DNA from: Adineta vaga
Lineage: Eukaryota; Animalia; Rotifera
Length of the DNA stretch: 64,000 nucleotides
NCBI GenBank assembly: GCA_021613535.1
Contig: CP075497.1
Coordinates: 6,572,001 to 6,636,000, forward strand
Reading direction: 5' to 3'
Below are positions 26,201 through 39,200 of the stretch, piece by piece. Numbering within the stretch: position 1 is the first letter of the stretch; each line of letters starts with the position of its first letter. Position numbers and translations under genes: made by a program. The notes under the pieces are model-generated. The model was not told the DNA's origin, made no database searches, and saw only the letters and a program-made list of their open reading frames with translations.

Positions 26201-26507
26201 GTGTATAGAAAAAAGAAAGAAAGAATTGACAACAACACACCAAAAAACATCGAGAGAAATGAGAAGGCTTGAATACCTCAGTGATGGAAAGGAAAGCAAA
26301 AAACCATAGTCATGTCGTTTTTCCTCCCTCCATTATGTTCTGTTTTTTCACACAGTCAGTTGCTCGACACTACTATTACCCTTGCGACGCATTCAGTCTT
26401 CTTAATAGGAAAAAAATATATTTATTCTCTCTCTATATATACATAAAATGAACTATATTGATTCTAATTATGTTTGGTTTGGTTTTCGTTTTAGATCAAA
26501 TTGTTAT

Positions 26508-26594
26508 ATAATGTGATGTATTGACCCTGAGACCCTAACTTGAGACCGTTAATGATTATCTCAGGTTTCGGTCTCCGGCTCGATCATCCATTAT
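26508..26594 (+). ncRNA. mir-125: miR-125 (lin-4/miR-10 superfamily) precursor; mature 5p about 26524-26545
   Basis: ACCCTGAGACCCTAACTTGAGA matches miR-125 UCCCUGAGACCCUAACUUGUGA at 20/22 with an identical seed. It pairs with TCTCAGGTTTCGGTCTCCGGCTC across a 13-nt loop, and a lower stem ATAATG-GATG/CATC-CATTAT extends the hairpin. Confidence 0.92.
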
Positions 26595-27133
26595 CAACGA
26601 AAACATAAGATACAATTCACGTATGTATGAAATTTATTTCTTATTCTTATTTATTTTAGAAAGAAAAATTCAATATTAGTCTATGTCAAGGTGAATGTTC
26701 AATATTTCAAAGAACATCTGTGTTTCAATCCTACACAGATATAACGAAGAATTTGTACTCGACAGGATATTTGAATTCTTTGTACTTTTTTTTGTCTAAT
26801 AAAAGTTTCAATATTAGTATTACCGTATTTTGTATTCTTGTTTTCTATATACATTCTCTATTCAAACTAGATACGATAAAGATATGAGAGTAGAATGAAA
26901 ATGAGATAACTGGAAGAATTACTTTCACAATAAGCTTCTACTCAAAAATAATGATGAGAACGATAACAAATATGACTAAACATAGATAGAATCTTGTTCG
27001 GTTGTGTATATGATCTAATTATGCAAAGTTAAACCATCACAGAAAAGATATATAATATTCATTTAAAATAAAATAAAATGTTTCGACATAGAGTGACATC
27101 TGGTTTCATTTTTATGAAATACAAAATGGAGTT

Positions 27134-27147
27134 GTAACTATAGAGAA
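27134..27147. promoter_or_regulatory. X-box-like motif upstream of DNAH2
   Basis: GTAACTATAGAGAA matches RTHNYYWTRRNRAC at 13/14, ~115 nt before the ATG. Confidence 0.4.
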
Positions 27148-27261
27148 AAACTCTCAAATGATCAGTCGATTAATTTTCTTGAAACAAACATTGTACGAAG
27201 TGCATTTTATTTCATTTTCTATTTCGTTTTTGTGATTACTGTTGCTCGTATCCATTTTCAT

Positions 27262-30200
27262 ATGGATCACGAGTTAAGTTCTGCTAATATTAACGGTGAC
27301 AAAACTGATACACAATCACAAACGGGAACAAATGCTGATAATGCTTCCAAACATAGTTCACGTATTGGATCAGTTCGTTCGGTTCGTTCAGTTCGAAGTA
27401 AAGCAGGTTCTGTACGTGAAGCAACTGCACTTGATGATCGACGTACAACTCAAAAAGCATCATCATCACCCAAACCAAATGCTACGGCCATTGGCGATGC
27501 ACAAGTACCAACTGTAAATCAATCGAAACCACCATCTCCATCAATACCAGTACAAGATGAAATAAATGGTGAAACAATTGCTGAAGAAACAACTGATACT
27601 AAATCAGGAACAGAAACTATTGTAAGTTGATTGTTGATAGAAATTAAATGTTGAAATAATATTCCATTCTAGTTGGAATACATTCATAAACTTGTAACAC
27701 TGCCTAGTTTGGAAGAACACATGTGGACAGATGAAATTCATACACAAATTCTTGATTTTCTTAATGATTCTGATAATCGTATTATGTGTTTTTATATCGA
27801 TCGTGTACTTGGTCTTTCTGTTGAGTATGGTGTACCAACAAATACATTCACACATTTAGTCTATTTTATCAAAAATCAACCTATACGCATCACAGAAAAA
27901 GAACAATTCATTCGGTAAATTAACTTTGATGACGTCGTCTTCGTCCATTGAAATCTGTTCATATTTATATTTTTCAGTGATGTTCAATATGGTAATTTTG
28001 GTGGTAAACATTTTTCCTCACTTCTTCGAATTATGTCTGGTCTTTATGCTCCATTATTTTTCGGTAATAAAATGTGGCCAGATTCGATAAAAAATGATTT
28101 CGCTTCTCAATTACATCGTTTTCTTGCAACATTAACTGATATTCGTTGGCGTATGGAAGGAATAACGAAATTATATATTCCAAAAGAAGGTCTTGATATT
28201 CCAGTTGAACAAGCTGCTAAAGATAAAGAATTAGTTCAACGTCTTGAATCTGCTATGGTTCATTGGTGTCGACAATTGAAAGATGTATCCAGTTCTCAAG
28301 ATCAATCTGCCCTTAGTGATGATAGTGGACCATTGGAAGAAATTGAATTTTGGAAAGCACGAACACAAGATTTAGTTGGTATTAGTCAACAATTAGATCA
28401 ACCATCAATAAAACACATAACTGAGGTTTTACGAAAGGCTAAATCATCATATTTACCACAATTTGTGAAATTAGCTGAACAATTACAAACAAATACGAAA
28501 CGTGCTGATAATAATTTATCATTTTTAATTGCTTTAAAAGATCCATGTCATGAATTAGCTGATGCTAAACCAAGTGAAATACCGCGACTTTTACCAAAAA
28601 TTATTTCATTAATTCGAGTTATTTGGGTCAATTCGGAATTTTATAATCGACCAGAAATCTTAACAGCACTTTTTCGAAAAGTAAATTTCATTGATCTTTG
28701 TACAATTGTTTATTATCATTTTTTTAATGTTTAGCTTAGCAATGAAGTTATTCGCCGATGTACTGTTGCAATTGATCTAAATAAAGTCTTTGAAGGACAT
28801 ATTTCAACAAGTCAAAAGACATTGAATGAATGCATTGAATGTTGTCAACAATGGCAAGACATCTACAATAATGTATGTAATGAATAACGAACCTGATTTT
28901 TTTTGTTTATTGTTACATTTTTCTTAGGCACAACATCTTCATGAAAAATTTTCAGTAAAACCTTGGCGTCTCGATAAAACAACAATATTTGCTCAAATTG
29001 AAGCATTTATTCAACGATGTCGTGATTTACTTGATTTATGTGAATGTCAAATGCATTTTGCACGTTGGGAAGAAGGAACCCGTACAGAATTGCCTATCTT
29101 CGGTGGACAACGTGGACCTATTATAAATCGAATGTTAACAGATATTGAAGTAGCATTTGATAAGAATTTACAAGAATTGAAAAAATCTCAATCAATTATA
29201 TTGAATGTCAAAGCCACAACTTGGCATGAAGTTTATAACCGTTTTCGATCAGAAATGAAAGATCTTGAAGTTAAAATGACGAATGTTATTACATATGCAT
29301 TCGATGCTGTAAGAACAGTTGAACAAGGTGTAGAAGTTCTCGATGTTTTTACACATTTAAGTACAAGAGAAGTATGTTTCATTTTGACCATTTCTACTCA
29401 TCTAAATTTGACTTATTTTTGCAGGCAATTCGTCGTACAGTTGATAAAAAAACTGTTGAATTATACAATGTTTTTAAATATGTTTTACAAACAGTTCAAA
29501 CGATTATTTCAACGTCATCAATTCCTCAATCACTCGAACGATTTCATCCTCAATATGCTGGTAGCGCATTTTGGGCACGTACATTAAAACGACGAATTGA
29601 ACGAATGATGTCATTTTTAAACATGGCACATTTTCTTCCATCGGTTGGCATTGCAACTGATATTCGTCAACAATACGAATATGTTAAACAAGCATTAGAT
29701 GATTTCATTCAACGACAATATAAAGAATGGTCATATCATATTGAAAATGAACCATCGAAACGACTTGAATGTCCATTAATTAAACGTATTAATGATCAAG
29801 GTTATCTTCAAGCTAATTTCGATGCATCATTAGTCAAATTATTACAAGAAATTAAATTTTGGGAACGTCTTGGTTTCGAAATACCATCTTATGCAAGTGA
29901 AATTCTTACACGAAAGAATGACTTACGTACTGCACGTGAAAATGTTATGTTAATTGTTCGTGATTATAATCGTATCTTGGATAAATTAGATTCTCATGAA
30001 CGTATTCTATTCAAAGAACGTATTAAACAATTAGATAAAAAATTAGCACCGGGTTTAAATAAAATTACTTGGCTGAAACCAACACATGATTATACAGTTG
30101 ATTGTCGAATTAGTGCTTCGGAATTAAATCAACATGTAGATAAATATAAAGAATCATATCGTGATTGTATTAGATTATGTAAAAAGATTAGTGAAACACT

Positions 30201-33200
30201 CTTAGTTAAAATTGATACACGAAAAATTTTCGAAAATTTAGAATTTGAAGAATATCAAGTAAGTGAAGAAATGATTGATAAGAGAAAGAATAAGAAATTT
30301 ATTTTATAGAGAGAATTTCGAAAAGTACAAAGTGAAAAAATTCATGAATATTTTAATGAAATTATAAGAAAAATTGATGAAACACATCATTTATTCGAAC
30401 GTGATCCATCAGATGTTCAACATGAATGGAATCGTATTATTGTTGAATTAGATAAATGGCTTGAACGAGCTATTCGATATAATTTCAAAGCATCACTTCA
30501 AGAATTATCCAAAGCAATTATTGGTGATGGAAAATCGGCACCGGGACCATTATTTAAAATCGAAATTATTCTAGAACCAAAGGTCGTTGGAGACACGACA
30601 TTATCACGAGTAAATATTCTGTTATTATTTTCAGGATTATAAATGATTTATTTGTTTGAATAGATCAATTTCAAACCAGATATAGCTACGTTAAAAGGTA
30701 TTGTAAATGATATCGGTGAACGTGAACTTGCAGAATCAATTACATTCATTCGTCGACTTAAACAAAGAGCTCATGAAGAAGTATGTTATGGCAAGAAGAG
30801 ATGAATCTCTATTGAAAAATTGTCAATGATACTTTTTTATTTAGGAACTTCATTTATTATTGAATAAAGATGAAGCTAAACAAAATCTACAAAAACAAAT
30901 CGCTGCTGGTCTTGATGCAAATGAAAAACATTTAGATGAATATCAATCAACTTGGAGTGGTGTACGTGAATTATGGGATATTGATAAAGAACGTTTTATT
31001 ATTCGTTATGAAGAAAGTGCACCTGATGCCTCAATATTTGATGCTGATATTAATCGTTATACTGAAGTAGCAAATAATGTTCAATCAAGAGATACATTAA
31101 CAACTGTTCAATTTGTACTTATCGATTGTACACCATTGAAAAATGCTTTACTTGTTCATTGTTTACAATGGCAAGCGAAATTAACAGGTAGATATTCGAT
31201 TATAAATATAGACTTCTTATTTTCCTTTTGTTTTTAGCACTTTTATTAAAATTGGCAACGAATGGTTTACAACAATTAACAAATTATATCGAAGAAAATA
31301 GTGCAAGGTATGAATGAACTTGAATTCAATGAATTGAGTTGATGAATTTTATATTTAGTGTCATGGTTGTACCAGAAAATCATTATGGATTAGAAGCAAA
31401 ACAGAAATTACTCGAAACTTTACAACAAGAAATATCTGTTTATGAAGCAAAATTTGCACCATTACGTGAACGATTTGTTTTACTTGATAAACACGAAAAA
31501 CCTGTCCCGGATAGTGTAAGTTATTCTTGTATGGTTAAAAAAATATCTTAGATTTATTATGAATATATAGACTCGTCAAATGCTTGCACAATTAGATGAT
31601 CGTTGGCAATTTTATCTTCAATGTTTAACTGAAAGTGAAGAAATGTTGAAAAAATTACGTGAAAAATTCAAATCAAAATTATTACAACAATCAGAAGAAT
31701 TCAAGAAGAGTGTCGGTGAACTTGTTACAGATTTTAAAACTAATGGTCCATTTTCAGCATCAACAACACCCGAAGAAGCTCTTAGTCAATTAGATGCTAT
31801 GAAACAACGTTTAGCTAAATTAAAAGAAGAAGAACAAGAACTTCGTCGTGGCTTGGGCATCTTTCGTATTGATCATCCATTATCAAAAGATATAATCAAT
31901 CTTGAAAAAGATATCGAAGCATTAGAAGGCATTTGGACGATGACACTTGAATGGAATCAAATGTTTGATAAATGGAAAACAACAACATTTGCAAATCTTC
32001 AAACACAAGTCATGGAAGATTATGCTCAATCACTATATCGAAAATTACATAAATTATCGAAAGATTATCGTGAAAAAAATTGGGAAATTATTGATGCAAC
32101 GAAAAATCGTGTTGATCAATTTCGACGAACAATGCCATTGATGAAAGATTTACATAATAAAGATATGAGAGATCGTCACTGGATACAAATTAAAGACGAA
32201 TCACAAAAAGAATTCGATGAAACATCGGAAGAGTTTACATTGGAAAGTATTATTGATTTGCATTTCGAAGAAAATGCACAATTAATTAATGAAATTAGTG
32301 AAGCAGCACAGAAAGAAGCAGCAATTGAACGAGGCATTGAGAAAATTCGAGAACAATGGGAAAAGGTCGATTTTGAGGTTGTACCATTCAAAGACAAAGG
32401 TAGATCAATTCTTTTGAAAAAGAAAACAATATTTTTACACTGAAAAAATTATGTTTTAGGTCATTTTAAAATCAAATCAACCGATGAAATCATGAAAACT
32501 ATTGAAGAACATCAAATGTCTTTATCGACATTTAAAGCATCACGTTTTATCAAACCATTTGCGAAAACTGTAGATAAATGGGAACGTGATATTTCTCATG
32601 TCAATGAAGTAACTGATTTATGGTTAGGTGTACAACGTCAATGGTTATATCTTGAAGTAAATCTCTACAAAGAACATAAAAAATTTTCATCTTTCAAATA
32701 TTTTCTTTTAGAATATTTTCTATGGTGAAGATATTCGTCGTCAATTAGCAAAAGAAACAGCTTTATTCGATGAAGTTAATGAAAAATGGAAAGCTGTTAT
32801 GATAACATTAAATGAATCACCAAATGCTTTTCAAGGTACACATTTGAAAGGTGTCGACAAAGAATTAAAATTTATGAATGAAAATTTGGAAGAAATTCAG
32901 AAATCTTTGGATATGTATTTGGAAAATAAACGTCGACAATTTCCACGATTTTATTTCATTTCAAATGATGATCTTTTAGAAATCTTAGGTCAATCGAAAA
33001 ATCCACCGGCTGTTATGCCACATATGAAGAAATTATTTGATAATATTAAAACATTAACTCTAACGAGACCAAATAAAGATGGACCAATGGTAGCAACAGA
33101 AATGAAATCCAATGAAGATGAAGTTGTTACATTCGATGGTCAAGTAAGTTATTCGTTCAGTTCGATTAGACAAATATAATTTTCCTTCTTCTTCACTTTT

Positions 33201-36200
33201 TTCAAGGTAACATTAGATGGACAAGTTGAGAAATGGTTACGTGATGTAGAAAATAAAATGAAAGAAGTTGTTAAACGTAAAGTACTTGCATGTCGACATG
33301 ATTTAGCAAATTGTGGTACAAAACGTGAAAAATGGTTAAAATCTCATCCTGGCCAAGCATGTATCACTGCGAGTCAAATTCAATGGACAGACGAAGTTGA
33401 ACGATCCCTTCGTGATAATCCATTGAAATTACGTAGTGATCGTAAAAAACAACATCTTGTTTTAAGAAATTTTACTGATATGATTAAGAAAAATCTCAGT
33501 AGACTTGAACGTGTTAAACTTGTATCATTAGTTACAATTGAAATTCATGCACGTGATGTTATTAATGATTTAATTAAAAGTCAAATTAAAAGTCCTCATG
33601 CATTTGAATGGATACAACAACTAAGATTCTATTGTCGAAGAGATGAAATTGTCATTGAACAAGCAATCGGAAGATTTTGGTACGGATGTGAATATTTAGG
33701 TAATTCAGGAAGATTAGTCATTACACCATTAACTGATAGGTAATATATAAAAAATCTGAAGTTTTTAAATTTTCGAAATGATTCCATTCGATTTAGATGT
33801 TATATGACATTAACTATTGCTTTATCATTATGTCGTGGTGGTTCACCGAAGGGACCTGCTGGTAAATAAATCAATTGTTTTTCCTCTGAAAAATAAAATC
33901 GATGTGTCATTTTTTAGGTACTGGTAAAACGGAAACAGTCAAAGATTTAGGTAAAGCAATGGCCTTCTATGTCATCGTTACTAATTGTTCGGACGCTATC
34001 GATTATAAATCGATGGGTCGTATGTTTATGGGTTATTGTCAAACAGGTGCATGGGGTTGTTTTGATGAATTTAATCGGTAAAATAATATTCGATTGAATT
34101 ATATCAATGTTAAAATTCGTTTCTTTTATTTTAGAATTAATATTGAAGTATTGTCTGTTGTTGCTCAACAGATTACATCAATTTTAAATGCAATGAAATT
34201 ACTTCAGGATGAAATTAAAAATAGTATCCGTGCTAAAACAAATATGTCTGAAGATGATGCATTTGCTACAGTTGATAAACGTTTATTATCGAGAAAATTT
34301 ACATTTCAAGGACATGAAATTGATCTTATTTGGTCCTGTGGATTATTCATTACAATGAATCCAGGTTTGTTCAATTATATTGCTTCTTTAGTGATGAATT
34401 TTATATTCATTTTCATTGCAGGTTATGCCGGTCGTACGGAATTACCAGATAACTTGAAATCTATGTTTCGTCCTATTTCTATGTGTGTTCCTGATAGCAA
34501 CTATATTGCTGAAATTATTCTTTTTGGTGAAGGCTTTTCGGATACTCGTTTACTTGCTACAAAAGTCTACACACTTTATCAACTCTGCGCTCAACAATTG
34601 TCAAAACAAGGTTAGAAAAGAAAAGAAGAAATAAAATTCTAATTTCATTTTATTTAGATTTCTATGACTTTGGTCTTCGTTCAATGGCTGCTGTACTTCG
34701 TTATGCTGGTCGAAAAAAACGTGATTCACCAAATTTGAAAGATGATCAAGTTGTTATCTTAGCTATGAAAGATATGAATGTTGCTAAAATGACTGAAGCT
34801 GATTTACCATTATTTAATGGTATTGTATCGGATTTATTTCCTGATATTGAAACACCTGTGATTGATTATTCGAAATTTAAAGCAGCTATTGATTTTGAAC
34901 TTAAAGCAAACAATTTAGAAAGTACTATTCATACAGTATCGAAAGTCATTCAATTATTTGAAACGAAAAATTCTCGACATTCAGTTGTGCTAGTTGGATG
35001 TACACAATCAGGTAAAACAGCTATATGGCAAACATTAAAACGTGCCATGACGAGAATGGCATCGACAGAAACAGCAACAGATTCATTATTTCAACGTGTA
35101 CATGAATATCCTATTAATGCAAAAGCAATTTCAATCAATGAACTTTATGGAGCATCCGATTTATCGACAGGAGAATGGTGTGATGGTATACTTTCCAATA
35201 ATATGCGTGCAGCTTGTTCAGGTCTGACAAAAAGAAATCAGTTTATTCTCTTTTCAATGTTCGTTTTTCATATTTTAGATACTAAACCTGATCAAAAATG
35301 GATACTTTTCGATTGTCCAGTAAGATATTCTTTTATGATTACAGTTTGTATTTATGAAATATTATTTCAATAGATTGATGCTGTTTGGATTGAATCTATG
35401 AATTCAGTTATGGATGATAACAAGATTTTGACATTAACAAATGGTGAACGTATTGCAATGCCCGAACAAGTCACACTTCTTTTTGAAACTGGTGATATGG
35501 CTGTCGCATCACCTGCTACTGTTTCTCGTATGTCTTTGAAATTTGATTTATTCTGTTTTCATTTGTTTCGTCTATGTTTGTTTTTCTCTCTCTCTCTCAT
35601 AGGTTGTGGTATTGTCTTCTGTGATTATAATAATCTATCTTGGCGTCCATATATCAATTGTTGGATCAATCAAAAACCGAAAGAATTTCATGAACCATTA
35701 GCATATCTAACTGATAAATATTTAAAACCAATCATTCAATTTAAAGAACAAAATTGCAAAGAATTAGTTCCTATTGCTGAATTAAATGGTGTTCGTTCAT
35801 TTAGTTATCTATTTGATTCTCTTGCAACGAAAGAAAATGATGTTGATCCAGCTCAAGAAGATAATTTTACTCGTTTAACTGAATTATTCTTTTTATTTTC
35901 AACAGTATGGTCAGTTTGTGCATCAGTTGATGAAGAAAGTCGCAAGAAAATCGATACTTTCATTCGAGAACTCGAAGGTACAATACCGAACAAAGATACA
36001 ATTTTTGAATATTATGTTGATAATAAACAACGTGCATGGATTGGATGGGAGGAAAAACTACGTTCAGGATGGAAATTAGATATGGAAGTTCCATTCTATA
36101 AAATCATCGTGCCAACTGTTGATACTGTTCGTTATAAATATATTGTTTCATCATTGATCAATAAAGGTTTTCCATGTTTATTAACGGGTCCTGTTGGTAC

Positions 36201-39200
36201 AGGTAAAACATCTGTTGCACATGCAGTTATGTCAGAATTAGATGCTCGAGAATATTCGACATTGATTATCAATATGAGTGCTCAAACATCATCAAACATA
36301 GTTCAAGAAATTATTGAAGCACGTGTTGAAAAACGTGTCAAAGGTGTTTATGTTCCTATTGGTGGAAAGAAATTATTAAATTTTATGGATGATTTTAATA
36401 TGCCTGCTAAAGATGAATATGGTTCACAACCACCATTAGAATTATTAAGATTATGGCTTGATTTCGGATTTTGGTATGATCGAAAAAATCAAAGTGTTAA
36501 ACAGATTAAAGTATAAATTTAAAACAAATTTACTATTATTAACTTGATTTCGTCTTTTAGGATATGTTCTTATTGGCGGGTATGGGCCCACCTGGTGGTG
36601 GTCGAACAGTAATCAGTCCACGATTACAAAGTAGATTCAATTTAATCAATATGACATTTCCATCAGTATGTACTTAAATTTCAATGAAATTTGATTATTT
36701 TCTGTTTTTGTTTTTAGGAAAATGAAATTCGTCGAATATTTGGTACAATGATCTCTCAACGTTTACAAGATTATGATGATGAATTTAAAAACTTACCTGA
36801 TCAATTAACAACCGCAACAATCGAAATGTACGAAACAATTGTACAAAAATTCCTACCTACACCGACGAAAATTTATTATTTATTCAATTTACGAGATATT
36901 TCTAAAGTTTTTCAAGGTTTATTACGTGCTGAAAAGAAAATGATTACATCGAAACAAACAATGATTCGATTATGGATTCATGAATGTTTTCGGTAAAGAA
37001 TTTATTTTTAATTTGTAACAACGAACATTTGTTATTTTTTTTCTAGGGTTTTTGCTGATCGACTCAATGATGATAAAGATCGTGAGCAATTCTATGCAAT
37101 TTTATCTGAAAAACTAGGTGTTACTATGGATGTTACATTTCATTCCATTTGTCAGAATCGTCTTCCTCCAACTTTCGGTGATTTCTGTAATCAAGATGAA
37201 ATGTACGAAGATTTAGTTGATTTTGATAAATTAAAAGTTCATATGGAAAAAGTTCTCAAAGAATATAATGAAACTCCAGGTACAATACCTATGGATTTAG
37301 TTCTTTTTCGTGATGCAATCTTACATATAACACGTATTGTACGTGTTATTCGACAACCACGAGGTAATATGTTGTTGATTGGTATTGGTGGATCTGGTCG
37401 ACAATCTTTAGCGAAATTGTCATCATTTATTTGTGGTTATAGTATATTTAAAATTGAAATCGCTAAGAATTATCGTAGAAATGAATTTCGTGAAGATTTG
37501 AAACGTTTATACAAACAAGCAGGTCAATCCAATCGTGAAACAACATTTATATTTGTAGATACACAAGCTGTTGAAGAAACATTTTTTGAAGATATTAACA
37601 ATATTTTAAGTTCGGGTGAAGTACCAAATTTATTTCGACCAGATGAAATTGAAGAAATTAAAACGAATATGGCTGGTGAATTGAAGAGAGAAGGAATTGA
37701 TGAAGATAATATTCAAGAAGTTTATGCATTTTTACTCGATCGAGTCAAAGCAAATTTACATGTCGTTGTTTGTATGAGTCCTGTTGGAGAAGTTTTTCGG
37801 TAAGAATAAATTCGTTTGTTTTCATATCATAAGATAACGCATCTATTCTAACTACTGTTTGTTTTATTTAGAAATCGTATTCGTATGTATCCATCACTTG
37901 TTAATTGTACAACAATCGATCTATTTGCTGATTGGCCACAAGATGCTCTACTTGAAGTTGGTGAACGTTATCTTGCTCAAATCGATCTAGCTAATGATGA
38001 TAAGGTAAATATTATTCAAATAGTTTTGAAATCGTTTTCTCTCTAATCTTCTCTAAATAAATATTCTCAGTTTTTAAAGGTAAGAGAATGCTCATTGTTG
38101 TTTTTTCAATTATCACTTGATCAAAGTGTTTTTTTTTGTTCAATTGCATGAAGTTTTTTCTCAAATATACATATGCAGAGATTTTATATAACTTCTCATT
38201 TCTTTCTTTTTGCTATTCATATAGTTTCGTCCAGCTATTGCTCAATTGTTTGCTACAATACATACTTCAGTGTATCATTGTTCAGAAGAAATGTGGAATG
38301 AAATGCGACGAAGAAATTATGTTACACCAAGTAATTTCTTGGAATTAACAGCAGGTTATCGAAAGTAAGTTGAACATCGATTATTGTCGTTGAAATATAT
38401 TATTGGTTTTTATTAGACTTTTATATGAAAAACGTAAAGAATTGTGTGATGCACGTGACAAATTATCGAATGGTCTAGGAAAGATTGAAGAAGCTAAAGT
38501 ACAAGTAACACAAATGTCCGTTGAACTTGAAAAGAAACGTGCTTTAGCCAATGAAGCACAAAAGAAATGCGAAGAATCTTTGGGTGGTCTTGTTAATGAA
38601 CAACGTGAAGTCGAACAAAGTAAAGCAACGGTTGAAAAACTCAAAGAACGTGTCAAAATCGATGAAGAAAAAGCATCTGCAATTGCTCACACTGCTCAAG
38701 AAGATTTAGCAGCAGCCATGCCAGCACTTGACGCAGCTAACGAAGCATTAGCAGCATTGAGTAAAAGTTCAATTACTGAAGTTAAAAGTTATGGTCGACC
38801 ACCGGTACCTGTCGAAAAAGCATTAGAAGCTGTCATGATTCTGAGAAGTTCAGAACCAACATGGGCTGAAGCAAAACGTCAACTAGGTATAATTATAATT
38901 TTCGCAACAAAGAACAGGAACAGACTGAACTCATGTTTTCGTTCTAGGTGACACTAATTTCATCAATCAATTGATTAATTTTGATAAAGACAATATTCCC
39001 GATAAGATCATTATGAAAATATCGAAATATACTCAAGATCCAATGCTAGCACCAGAAGAAATTAGTAAATGACCATAATCATTGATTATTTATAGTATTA
39101 TTTATTTTTCTTTTTTTCTATCATTTGAATAGAACGTGTCTCGACTGCTGCTGCTGGTCTTTTCGCTTGGGTACGAGCTATGGAAGAATATTCGAAAATC

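Noticed and set aside
21187-26451. Many 60-100 aa ORFs in the intergenic interval, and antisense ORFs over genes
   Set aside because: Low-complexity K/R/F/L translations of purine or pyrimidine tracts, or shadows of real genes.
26521-26580. GAGACC/GGTCTC inverted repeat first read as a MITE relic
   Set aside because: Fully explained by the miR-125 hairpin.
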